Under the pieces are notes generated by a model. The model had not been told where the DNA came from, searched no databases, and saw only the letters and a list, made by a program, of their open reading frames with translations. A stretch of DNA of 63,005 nucleotides, filler included, from Octopus bimaculoides (lineage: Eukaryota), in NCBI RefSeq assembly GCF_001194135.2. It is 4 parts of 4 records of this genome, joined end to end, with 100 filler letters (N's around TTAATTAATTAA, not from the genome) between each part and the next. Parts side by side here need not be neighbours in the genome. Positions count along the whole stretch, not along the records: positions 49,058 to 63,005 come from NC_068989.1; 3 more parts are not named here. One strand, 5' to 3'. A program made the position numbers and the translations under genes. Positions 52,498-63,005 of the stretch are shown here, piece after piece. The stretch's first letter is position 1. The number at the start of each line of letters is the position of its first letter.

Positions 52498-55336
52498 TTT
52501 GTGATTGGAAGCTAAACTCTGACTTTTGGTTTTTTTTATTCATTTTGTGTTGCAAGTTCTTGATGTATCTCTGTACAGTTCCTATGATGAAAAGATAAAA
52601 TTTATGGAGTCTTCCTACGAACCATTGCATCCCAAGTTTAGTTAATATTCTCACTAAACCTTTTGATCTTCCCCTTGTTGATATATTTCTAGTGAAATAC
52701 TGTCTTTTGTCTTAATTTTTAAAATAGTGAATTTTATTAAATTAACTGGCGTATAGAATGTAAATTAACATGAAATTTTCATGGCAATTGTTTAACTTTT
52801 GAATTGTCAGCTCTAGCTGTTGTTCCCATTTCATTCACTAGTAGGGTTTGCCTTTGAGAGCTTTCACAAGAGCATTTTATTACACTTGACATCATCAAAG
52901 CTTTTGGTCATTTTTAACATTGTCTTTTGAGCATTTGTCTACTTGATTCTAACATCTCAGTTTATTACTGACAATGTCACTCGCGTTCTGCGCATAGGCA
53001 TTGTCTGTTCATAACTTGAATGTCTTATATCGAATCTGTATTACCTCCATTAAATGAGACTGTATAGTTAAGTGAAATGAGCAGCGTATTTTGAGTATCG
53101 TAATGACGGGGTTGAAGTAAGCCTTTTTCTATTTTTTATTACCTTTATTAACAACATAAAGGAAATAAAAATGACTTAGCCTTTTAGCATTTAAACTGAC
53201 TATATCCGGCTCAAATATTCAACCTGCTTTATGTTCTAACTAGCCAGACAAGATAATGCATGATTAATTCAAAATAATGTGAATGCTAAAGGGTTGGGAC
53301 GGGAAGTGGAAATGGGTTGCATTTAGAATCTACCAACAAAAATAACAATTACTTCTTTAGCAAAGAATTGATATATTTAATGAAGACCAGATTTGGCATT
53401 TTCTTCTGATGCAGCCTATCTAAATGTTATTTGAAACACAATTCACTAATTATCTAGTCTTTGCTGTTCTGTTAGTGAATGATGCTAATTACTGTCCCTG
53501 GCCTCATTAGTGGCAAAAGTGAAGCAAAATAACTTCAACTACCAATAAAAATAGTTCTGTGCGTAGCTTTAATCATGAGAATAACAAGAACTGCAATTAT
53601 TTCTTAGACAACTGCAGTGATACAGTTTATCATCTATAGTTGGCAAGCAGAGTTACATACCTTGTTTATGAATACAACATGCTAATTGTGCAATAGTTGT
53701 AAAGGGGACCTGACCCAAATGTTTGTAGTCCCTTTTCATCTCATCAGTCATGGAGTCCCTAAAATGTGTCATAGGCTCAGCACTTTTTCTTTTGACAAAG
53801 CAAGTAAAGTAAATTGGTTTCTACTGGAACCAATAAATAGGTATCAAAGATCTGATGGGATATCAGAATCAGTAATTTTTGTGTTGGTTACCATCCCTCA
53901 TATTCAAGATGTAAAAATCACTATTAGCATCAGTATTCTGAATTTGTACAGATATGGTTCATCTGTTTTAACATTGACTCTTTTGAGCTTGTATGGATCA
54001 TGGTTGTGGCACTTGTTTACAACTAGCAAGCACAAGCATATATTATCAGCTTCTTTCAGTGTCTCTAACATCCTCTTTTGAGATTTTTGGTTGGCCAGTG
54101 GGACTGAATCCAAACCATATGGTTGGGGAATAATTCTATATTTTTATATTGCATTGGGTGAACAGTAGTGTCGTTGGTTTAAGGTTTTGTAAGATATTGA
54201 TCAGTATTAGACTGGTAGACACCAAAGATGCCATGCATTAGGATTGAACTTGGAACCACATGATTGTAAAAACAAGGTGTAATGATTATTAGCAATCAAA
54301 ATGGAATGAGTGTAACAATGCATTTATTTAGATCAGTGGTTCTTATGCTGGTGGCACACTGTTAAATGGTTGGTATTAGAAAGAGCGTCTGGCCATAGAA
54401 ACCATGCCACAACAGACAATTGTAGTCTGGACAGCTCTGCATCCAACCCATTACAGCATGGAAAGCAGATGTTGAGTGGTGATGATCTCAACTGTGATTC
54501 ATATAAGATTTTGTAATTAAAGTCTATGTACAATAAATTGGTTGTACTTCTACAATATTTTTTACACAATCCCTTACTATAAAAAGTTTTTTTAAACATG
54601 GTTCACCTGAGTAAAATAGGAATTAAAGTGGTCCATAGGTAAAAAAAGAAAAGAAATGGTTGAGAAACACTGATTTAAGCTTACATTTGTTTTGTGTCAT
54701 TTCCTGAATATCTTCCCTCATGGATTACTTTTATTGGAGAAAGTATATGTAACACAGAACCTAATATATCCTCTTTTATTGTCCATCTACCACCCTGACA
54801 TGTGTTGGATGGTATAACAGGATTCTACAGGTTGGAGGAACATATGCTCCAGTGTCTGCTTTGGCACAGGTTAAACAGTTGGGTGCCCTTCCTAATGCCA
54901 ACCACATTACAGTGCTGGGTGCATTTTTCCATGGCACCAGAGCTAATGAGGTCACAATGGAGTTCACAAAGCTAAGATCCCCTTTGAGAAGGAGGTAGTT
55001 TTATGCTTGGTAGGGTGGCAGTCAGTGGTAGATATTAATTGAAGGGAAGGTAGGGGGTGAGTAAGAGATTGGATAAGGTTGAGGGATGAGTGGTGGATAA
55101 ATTCTTTAAAAATAGGTATCAGCCACTGCATGTAGAAGAAACAGCTGCACTGATATGGGTACTTTGTGTAAATGTACAACAGCTGCTGGTAAAATATTTT
55201 GTGCTGATAGAAAAACCGAACATGAAATAAAGTGAGATCTGAAGAAGAGATAACAGGATAAAGAGAAGATATGCTTCACTGTAGACCTGATCAGTCCATG
55301 CCAGGAAAATTGTGATTATGATCTCTAGCTACTGAA

Positions 55337-55532
55337 ACTAGTTTATGAACTCAGTTTGTTCAGAATATATTGCTATATCATTGAACTATTTGCATTAGGT
55401 AATCACATATTACAGTGTGTTGTAGGTACTATGTACTAGTTTATGAACTCAGTTTGTTCAGAATATATTGCTATATCATTGAACTATTTGCATTCGGTAA
55501 TCACATATTACAGTGTGTTGTAGGTACTATGT
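55337..55532. repeat. Tandem duplication, 2 x 98 bp with one mismatch
   Basis: actagtttatgaactcag...ggtactatgt starts at 55337 and again at 55435. Confidence 0.9.
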
Positions 55533-56469
55533 ATTCAGTCTAGTAAGAGATGGAAAATGGTGTAAAAATATCTAAGCTTTCTAGAATCAACAATGGAGCC
55601 TCTACATGATTACCTGACCTGCTGAAAATAGCCAAGATTGCCTTCAAAAACCATCTTTAAAAAATACTCTACATAATGCTTGTTCACCAGGATCCTGGTG
55701 GCAGGCACTCAGTGCTGCTGTTTTGCGTCAATTTCAAGCATCTTTTTCCATACTAGCATGGGTTAGACAATACTCACAGCATGTTGCCAGTTGAAGTAGT
55801 CCCTTGTCTCTGGCATGTACAGCAATAGAGGAAACCAATTACTTGACAGTGTATCATCCCATCAGCTCTAGACGTCACCTTTGACAAAGCTAAAGAATCC
55901 CCTCTACCCTACACTGCTTCCATTCATACCTTTCTCTTATTAGTGTCTTCACAACTGGATATCATTTCACAGTGTAAACTAGATGCCTTTTATTCTACCA
56001 GCAGTAGATCACCTTTGACAAAATTAATGAATTGCCTTTCTTTATACTTTTTTTTAGGGGTGATATACTTGAATGCCTTTCCTATCATCAACCACTTTAC
56101 AATATGGAAAAGAGCATATTGTTTTGCCACCAGCACTAAAAAAATTATTTCCAACATGGTGCAAGCGTGGCTGTGTGGTAAGAATCTTGCTTCCCAACCA
56201 CATGATTCTGGGTTCAGTCCCACTGTGCAGTACCTTGTGTCTTCTATAGTCTTATGAGTGGTAAGAATAGGTGAAGTGATACAGATGTTTGGGCTGGGTG
56301 AGTAGGCAGGATAGAGGTGACTAGTAAATGATGGAGAAAAACCTAGGAGAGGATCAGGGACAGGAGTTGCAGTAGATATACAAGGGCAGTAGCAGATATG
56401 CAAAGTGTTAATGACAAAGGACAACACAGTGGGGTGGAGAAGGCACAGAAAGGAGGTGATTGGTGGAGA

Positions 56470-56670
56470 CACGTACTTACAGATGTACTACGTACGCACG
56501 TACATACATACGTACGAACACACGTACGTATATACTACAGACGTACGTACGTACGTAGGTGCAGATATACGTACAGACGTACGAACGTACACACGTACTT
56601 ACATACAGACGTACGTACGTACATAATTACAGATGTACGTACACACGTACTTAGGTACGTACAGACGTAA
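56470..56670. repeat. Complex (ACGT)n/(ACAT)n microsatellite
   Basis: acgtacgtac arrays interspersed with acagacgtacg and acacgtactta units. Confidence 0.9.
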
Positions 56671-58901
56671 GTACAAGACACTGCCTTGTATTTTAGTCAA
56701 ATGAATCAACCAAGTCTGGTACTTGTTCTATCAGTTTCTTTTGCTGAACTCCTAAGTTATGGAAACAAACACACTAACACCAGTTGTCAAGTGGGAGTGG
56801 AAGGCAGACACACATGTATATTATATATATGATGGGCTTCTTTTAGTTTCCATCTACCAAATCCACTAAGAAGGCTTGGATTGGCTCAAGGCTATAGTAG
56901 GTGCCATGTAGTGGAACCCAGAACCATGTTGTTGGGAAGCAAACTTCTTACCACACAGCCATGCCGGCACCTGCTCTATAGAGGTATCCATCATATTCAA
57001 ATATGATGAATATGCCAGCTCTCATAACTGTGGGCTGGAAGCCTCAAACACAATCACCACTCGTCTCTTGTTACAGCCATACACTTCAACAGTCTTTCCA
57101 ACTCAGCCCTTGATGTCATAACTTCATCTTTGTTACCCACAAACTTCTTTCTTGTCTACCCAATCCCTGAGGTTATAGGTACAGACGTTGTGGACTCTCA
57201 TAACATGGGCCAAAATATTGCAGCTATCACTGTTTGGCCATTGTCATTAATTTTTGTTCCACTCCCATGAACTGTTTGTAATGCACTGGTGTATGCCATT
57301 GACCTCATCCTGGTGGTTAAGGCTAGGTGCTCTCTTTTTAAAGAAGTGTGCCTCCTTTATTCTGGGATCAACTGCAACTATTCCCCTTGCCAGTATACAG
57401 GTGGAGAAATCCCCACCACAATGTTGGAAATTCATATACTGCTTTCAGAGTCTTTTGCTGATACCAGCAATAACAACCACATAAAGCAAAATGAACACTT
57501 CTAAGTCATATCTATCTATCTATCTATCTATCTTTAAACTTTATAACTTCATGACTCTGAAGCCTTCAAAATTTTTTGAGATTCTTTGAGGATTTATGAT
57601 ATTTTTTGCATAACTTTCCCTCATTTATTCAGATACAATAGTTTATCTTCCCAACCTTTCCTACTAATGGTGTTACCCAGTTGTCTTTTCATACTGGACT
57701 GTTTGTTGGATAGGCTGCCCAACTGCTCTGCAGTGCTTGCTTCTCACACATCATCTCAAATGCCCTTAGTTGCTTGATGTCAGCTACCATTTGGGTCTAT
57801 GCTTTACATCCATAAATTAGTGATGGCCAGGACAGGGTTTTAAAAGCTATGAACTTGATGTTTTTACCGTGGTTAGAGTTTCTCCATGTTATATTGAGTG
57901 ACTTCAACAGTTGCCTCAATACAAAATGAGTTAAAATTCAATAAGTAACATCAGTTACTTCTTGAAGTGTGGAAGCCACTGTGCGGTCACTTGATCTACT
58001 AGAAATGGCAAGTAAAATCTCCCTCAAAACATTCTTCTGACTTTGCAGAGGAAAATATGCAAATATGTTACATAATGTGCTTCTGGATTATTTGCATCAG
58101 GACCAAAGGGGTTTCGTTTACTTTATATAAATTTCTATAGGTTGCTTTTACTGTGGCTTATGGGTTTCATGTTACCTTGCAGAAATAGTAAACATTTTGT
58201 TACTGCATTTCTGTAGAAATATATTCCTTTGTTTTGGTTAATTTTCAAAATAATTGAGAATTTGGTCAAATAACTTTCCTGTTGTTAAAATGGTGTGGTG
58301 GTGGCATGTTGGCAGAAGCATTCTTCTGCTCTTTAAATTTTTGAGTTCAAATGCTGCCAAGGTTGACTTTGCCTTTCATCCTTTCTGTGCTGATAAAGTA
58401 AGTACCAGTTGAGCTCTAGAGTTGATATTATTGGCTTCACTCTCTTCTCAAAATTCCTGGCCTTGTGTCAAAATTAGAAAGTATTATTAAAATTGTGTTT
58501 GAAACATAAATTAATATGAAAATACAATGGCAAGTTTTAATTTTTTATCTTTTACTTGTTTCAATCATTTGACTGCAGCCATGCTGGGACGCCACCTTGA
58601 AGGGTTTTAGTTGAACAAATCAACTCTAGGGCTTATTTTATCGGTCAGTTTTGCTGAACTGCTAAGTTATAGGTACATAAACACACCTCCACTGGTTGTC
58701 AAGCAGTGGTGAAAGACAAACACAGACAGAGAGACACACTCATAGATATATACATACATCGGTGTTAGGAAGGGCATCCAGCCGTAAAAATCCATGCCAA
58801 ACAGACACTGAAGCCTGGTTCAGTCTTCTGCCTAGCCAACTCCACTCAAACCATCCAGCCCATGCCAGCATAGAAAGCTGACGTTAAATGATGATGATGA
58901 T

Positions 58902-58951
<50 letters not shown>

Positions 58952-59479
58952 AAACAGGCTTCTTTTAGTTTCTGTCTACTAAATCCACTCAATGTTTTGT
59001 TTGACCCAAGACTATAGTAGAAGACACTTTCCCAAAATGCCATGCAGTGGGACTGAACTGGAACCATGTGGCTGAGAAGCAAAGAAAGTTGATATTATAG
59101 AACCAGGGACAGTCTAGTCTCAGGCAAGTTGGTACCAAAAGAATTAAGAGGGTTTCAATTCACACTATCAGTGCAGGGGTGGGATGGCCTAGGTGGTTGT
59201 TATTTTGTAACCCTAGGTCACCCCTGGTCAAACAGGCTTGTGATCAAAGGTATTCCATCTATGACCATCCCATCACTCAACCTGCAAGAAATAGCAGCGA
59301 AATCTCATTTCAAAACACATCCTACCTTCTTAAAAATGGACGTCTTGTATAATGAGCTCTTGGGTTCCATGCATAATTGATACAACTGGAATGCCCTTGA
59401 TCTACTAAAGAACAATATATTCCACTTTTAGCTATTCATGCAATGCGGAGATAGTAAAAGTGGTAGAATTCAAGCTAAA

Positions 59480-60141
59480 TATTGGGAGGCTCTCCTACAG
59501 CTCTGAGTTCTTCATCCTCAGTGTATACTGATTAATGTTCAGAACCATCCTTAGCGTTCTTGTGTAGCACCCATCCACCATCTGAGTGAGTTTCTTGGTC
59601 AGTGTCCAAGTCTCAGACCCATACAACAGCACAGACTCCACTGCAGCAATGAAGAGATGGATCTTCAGATGTTTAGGAAGGTCTGACTTCCGTACATATC
59701 TCAAACTGTAGCATGCTGCCCAGGCTTTGCTCTTCTTCTCAACTACATCTCTGTGTTCCCAATCTTTGCTCCCAAATACAGGAAATCCTCAACCAACTCT
59801 AGTGGCTTCCAGCCTACATTTATTATCTTTTCTGGCTTCTTAATGTTCTCTACTAGATACTTCGTCTTAATTTCATTCATTTTTATCATTGTGGTGGACT
59901 GTTGTATGAGCCTTGCATTCGAGAAACACCAGGACTCTGGCTTTAATGTAGTGCCGGCTCAGAGCAGGAAGGTCAAGGCTGAAAAGATATCAGATGCTGA
60001 ATTTGCTGATGACATAGTTCTGGTGACAAACACAGTGAGGGAGGCAGAAGAGTTAATGCAGGAGGTGGAGACTGTCGATAAGTGTGGGGCTGAAAATGAA
60101 TTAAATTAAGACGAAGTATCTGGTAGGGAACATTAAGAAGC
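59480..60141. mobile_element. RTE LINE fragment with inverted 5' part
   Basis: Plus strand 59874-60141 encodes FIFIIVVD..EFADDIVL..; minus strand 59873-59480 encodes the continuation KTKYL..VEDFLYLG..VLLYGSETWTLT. Confidence 0.88.
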
Positions 60142-60581
60142 TTCCTACATCAACCCTATAATATCATTCTAAAAATTTACAGTTACTTCTTCGAAATCTC
60201 AAAGCTACAAGATAATGCATGATTAATTCAAAACAATGTGGATAAAAAAGCATTGTTTTTGAGTTATATTGAAAAAATAATGCTTCCAATAATAAAAATC
60301 ATAATTCTTGCCAAGTGATCTGCAAGTTGTGACGTGCTGCAATCCATCTATTTGGTAAGTTAGCTATTTTGAGATTAGAAAGACAGCAGCTGGTTTATTG
60401 GTTTTGATAGAACTAGTTCAATGCAATATGAAAGAGAAAGCTCATGATGACTAATTTGGTAAAGATAGGGCAAGTTGACCATTATATAATTTTTCAATTC
60501 AATGAAGATCACATATGTAAGCTGACACACACACATATGTAAGCAAGCATATATATATGTATGTATGTGTATATATGTGTG

Positions 60582-60622
<41 letters not shown>

Positions 60623-60959
60623 TTATATGTGTGTGTATATATATATATATGTGCATGTGTGTGAGGGGCACATGGTCTAGTGGTTAGGGTGTTGCATTCA
60701 TGATTGAGAGATCAGGATCTCAATTCCTAGACCTGGTGGTGCATTTTGTTCTTGAGCAAAATACTTCATCTTATGTTACTCTGCAACCATTTTGACACCT
60801 GATGTATAGTATATCATGCACCTGTTCAGGCAGGATGGAGGGACTGAGCTAATGTACAGTACAAACACTTTGTCACTATAAAACAGGTTGTTCAGCAAGA
60901 AATCGCAGTGGGCTAAGTTCAACAGTTTGCATAAAAGGGAAAGAAAACAAAAGATCTCA

Positions 60960-61480
60960 TCCAAAAATAAAAGTATTTTTTTAAAGAACAAAAAATATCA
61001 ACTTGATTATGGCTGAGAGATAACAGTTTACTCAAAGTAACCACCCTCAGCATCCACCATGGCCTCAAGACAGCTCTGGATCCTGGCTCATGCATTCCTC
61101 ACTGTGTCCCTCAATCTTCAAACCCCTTCTTGACCATGGTTACAAGCTCAGCCTTGATGTTTGCAGACAGAGTAGTTGGTGTCTTTTTTAACTGTGCCCC
61201 ACACATAGTAATCCATGAGATTACAATTGAGGAGATTAAGAGACGAGAAACTGGGGCTGGTGAGGTCTCTGACAACCACTTCTGACTCTTTCCAGATTTT
61301 CTGTGGTTCAACAGGATGCCTAAACTTCTTCAGGAGTTTCTTTGTCAAGCAGTTCTTCTTGGCCTTCGCTGCCAGAATTTGCTCTTTGCACCTATTGTAT
61401 GAATGGAGTAAAAATCCTCATTCAGGGCCAGTTTCATGGTGGCAATTTGTTTTTCCCCTCTATATTTAGCCCACTGTGGT
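60960..61480 (-). mobile_element. Tc1/mariner-superfamily 3' fragment
   Basis: NCNLMDYYVWGTV motif, ending GYFE*; same type as 42564-43764. Confidence 0.75.
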
Positions 61481-61496
61481 AATAAATAAATATATA

Positions 61497-61920
61497 TATA
61501 CTAGCAGAGATACCCGGCATTGCCCATGTTACAAGCAATTGAAGGATTAGACTTTTCTGTTATATTTTCTCTAATGAACTGGAATAGCTATGATTCGAAT
61601 TTCATCAAAATTGCAGATGAGGGTTCTTTCCCTCTTTACACACCCTAAAAAATTCTAATAATGACTCATGTATCCCATACTAATGATCTTTATGTGCAGA
61701 TTCCAAAATTCCAGTCTTATGGAACCTGTTAAAAGGATTTTGCACCTGAAAAATGGAGGTCATGGAGCTCTAAAATGTGGGAGTTAAGGCCCCTATTGGG
61801 GGTGGGTGTCTTAATGTCAACCAGAGAAGTTGAATTGTTGGGAATCTTTTTAACTTGGGTCTAATATCTATTGTTCGAATTTCTTTGAAATAGGAAATAT
61901 ATGTATGTTCACTGAGTTTG
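61497..61920 (+). mobile_element. Non-autonomous Helitron/Helentron-like element end
   Basis: tatactagcagagatacccggcattgccc resembles the tactagc..acccggcgttgccc terminus of such elements; recalled, not aligned. Confidence 0.4.
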
Positions 61921-62554
61921 TAAAAGAGAGCAAAGCTACAGGCAACTAAAAGACGAATGATCACAATAAGCAGTCAGCTACCCTACTGTAGTTCTTACTA
62001 CTCCCCAATGTAGGATTCCTCACCATACAGGTGACAGGCAAAGCCGTAAGATGCATTCCGGAGCTATAGCAATTGGAAGGGCATGACTCAACTGAAACAT
62101 TAACAACTGTGTGACGTGAGGGCTAAGGGGAAATGAAAGTGTCACCTCTGGAGTTTGCAAATGACCACTATACAGATAGGTAACTGGACAGAATAAATTT
62201 ACAATCTATAAATGTCTTCCAATAACCAGTCACTCATCTTGGAAGGCTTTGAAATCAATGTTACCATCGGGGGACTAAGTGTGACCCAGTGATAATAAGA
62301 AGATTCAAATGAGACTGGCAACCAAATAATTTTGCTCAAAAAAACACTTTGCAACTGAATCAGTGGAGGCAAAGATGCTCCTCATTTACTTGGCAATTTA
62401 TGTGCCACATTGCAGAAATCAATCTAAGTATATCTCAAAGCAAACTCTTACACTGTTGTACCACTGAATTACAAATGATGCTCATATTTTATGCTCGAGT
62501 GATCCTACAACTTCCAAGATAACAACTGAATTCATCTTTGCTTAGATAAAATGA

Positions 62555-63005
62555 AATACGAACATTCGTACGTACAGACGTACGTACGTACATACTTACG
62601 TATATTCGTACGTACATACGTACGTATGTTCGTACGTACATACGTACACACGTACGTAGTACGTAAGTAGAGACTACGTACATATGTACATACAAACGTA
62701 CGTGCAGACGTACGTACATAAGTACATACCTATGTACGTACGTACAGACGTACGAACACACGTTCGTACGTACAGACGTACAAACACACGTTCATACGTA
62801 CGTACATACGTACAAACAGATGTAGATAAGTACGTGCGTACATACATACGTATAGAGGTACATACAAACGTACGTATATACGTACGTACAGACGTACGAT
62901 CGTACGAACAGACGTACGTATATAAAAACGTACGTACATAAGTAGGTAAAGACGTACGTACAGCGGTACGTAGGGACGTACGTACATACACACGTACTTA
63001 CAGAT
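62555..63005. repeat. Complex (ACGT)n microsatellite, running off the window end
   Basis: Same units as 56470-56670, including acagacgtacgtacg and acacgtacttacagat. Confidence 0.92.

Noticed and set aside
53660-54113. Overlapping ORFs (131 aa plus, 69 aa minus) and a possible 160-nt minus-strand exon
   Set aside because: No motif recognised and a weak acceptor; may be a decayed element. A blastx would settle it.

Overview
AT-rich, repeat-dense animal genomic DNA. The (CA)n/(TA)n/(ACAT)n microsatellites and the tRNA-derived SINE families point to an Octopus assembly (inference). It is not one contiguous stretch: three artificial 100-bp joins (44 N + TTAATTAATTAA + 44 N) split it into four scaffold pieces (1-19465, 19566-32686, 32787-48957, 49058-63005), with further N gaps inside them. 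Two host genes are supported. Three consecutive catalytic-domain exons of a PDE11A-type cyclic nucleotide phosphodiesterase lie on the minus strand (11802-11909, 5902-6011, 1890-1980). Three exons of ribosomal protein gene RPS28 lie on the plus strand (51498-51545, 52146-52264, 52452 onward); its first coding exon is not visible. The rest is decayed transposons: mariner/Tc1, a Tigger-like MITE, a foldback element, a Helitron, R4/Dong-like and RTE LINEs, a Penelope-like remnant and many SINEs. Almost all ORFs in the supplied track are artefacts of microsatellites and N gaps. The most notable observations are a minimal type I hammerhead ribozyme with an intact catalytic core (44070-44121, minus) and a degenerate sister (14137-14182), a 5'-inverted RTE LINE with twin-priming geometry, a sharp CpG-depletion domain starting at RPS28 that contains CpG-dense (ACGT)n arrays, nested inverted repeats in a PDE11 intron, and a candidate intronic H/ACA RNA in RPS28. 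I found no evidence of a multi-gene novel system.
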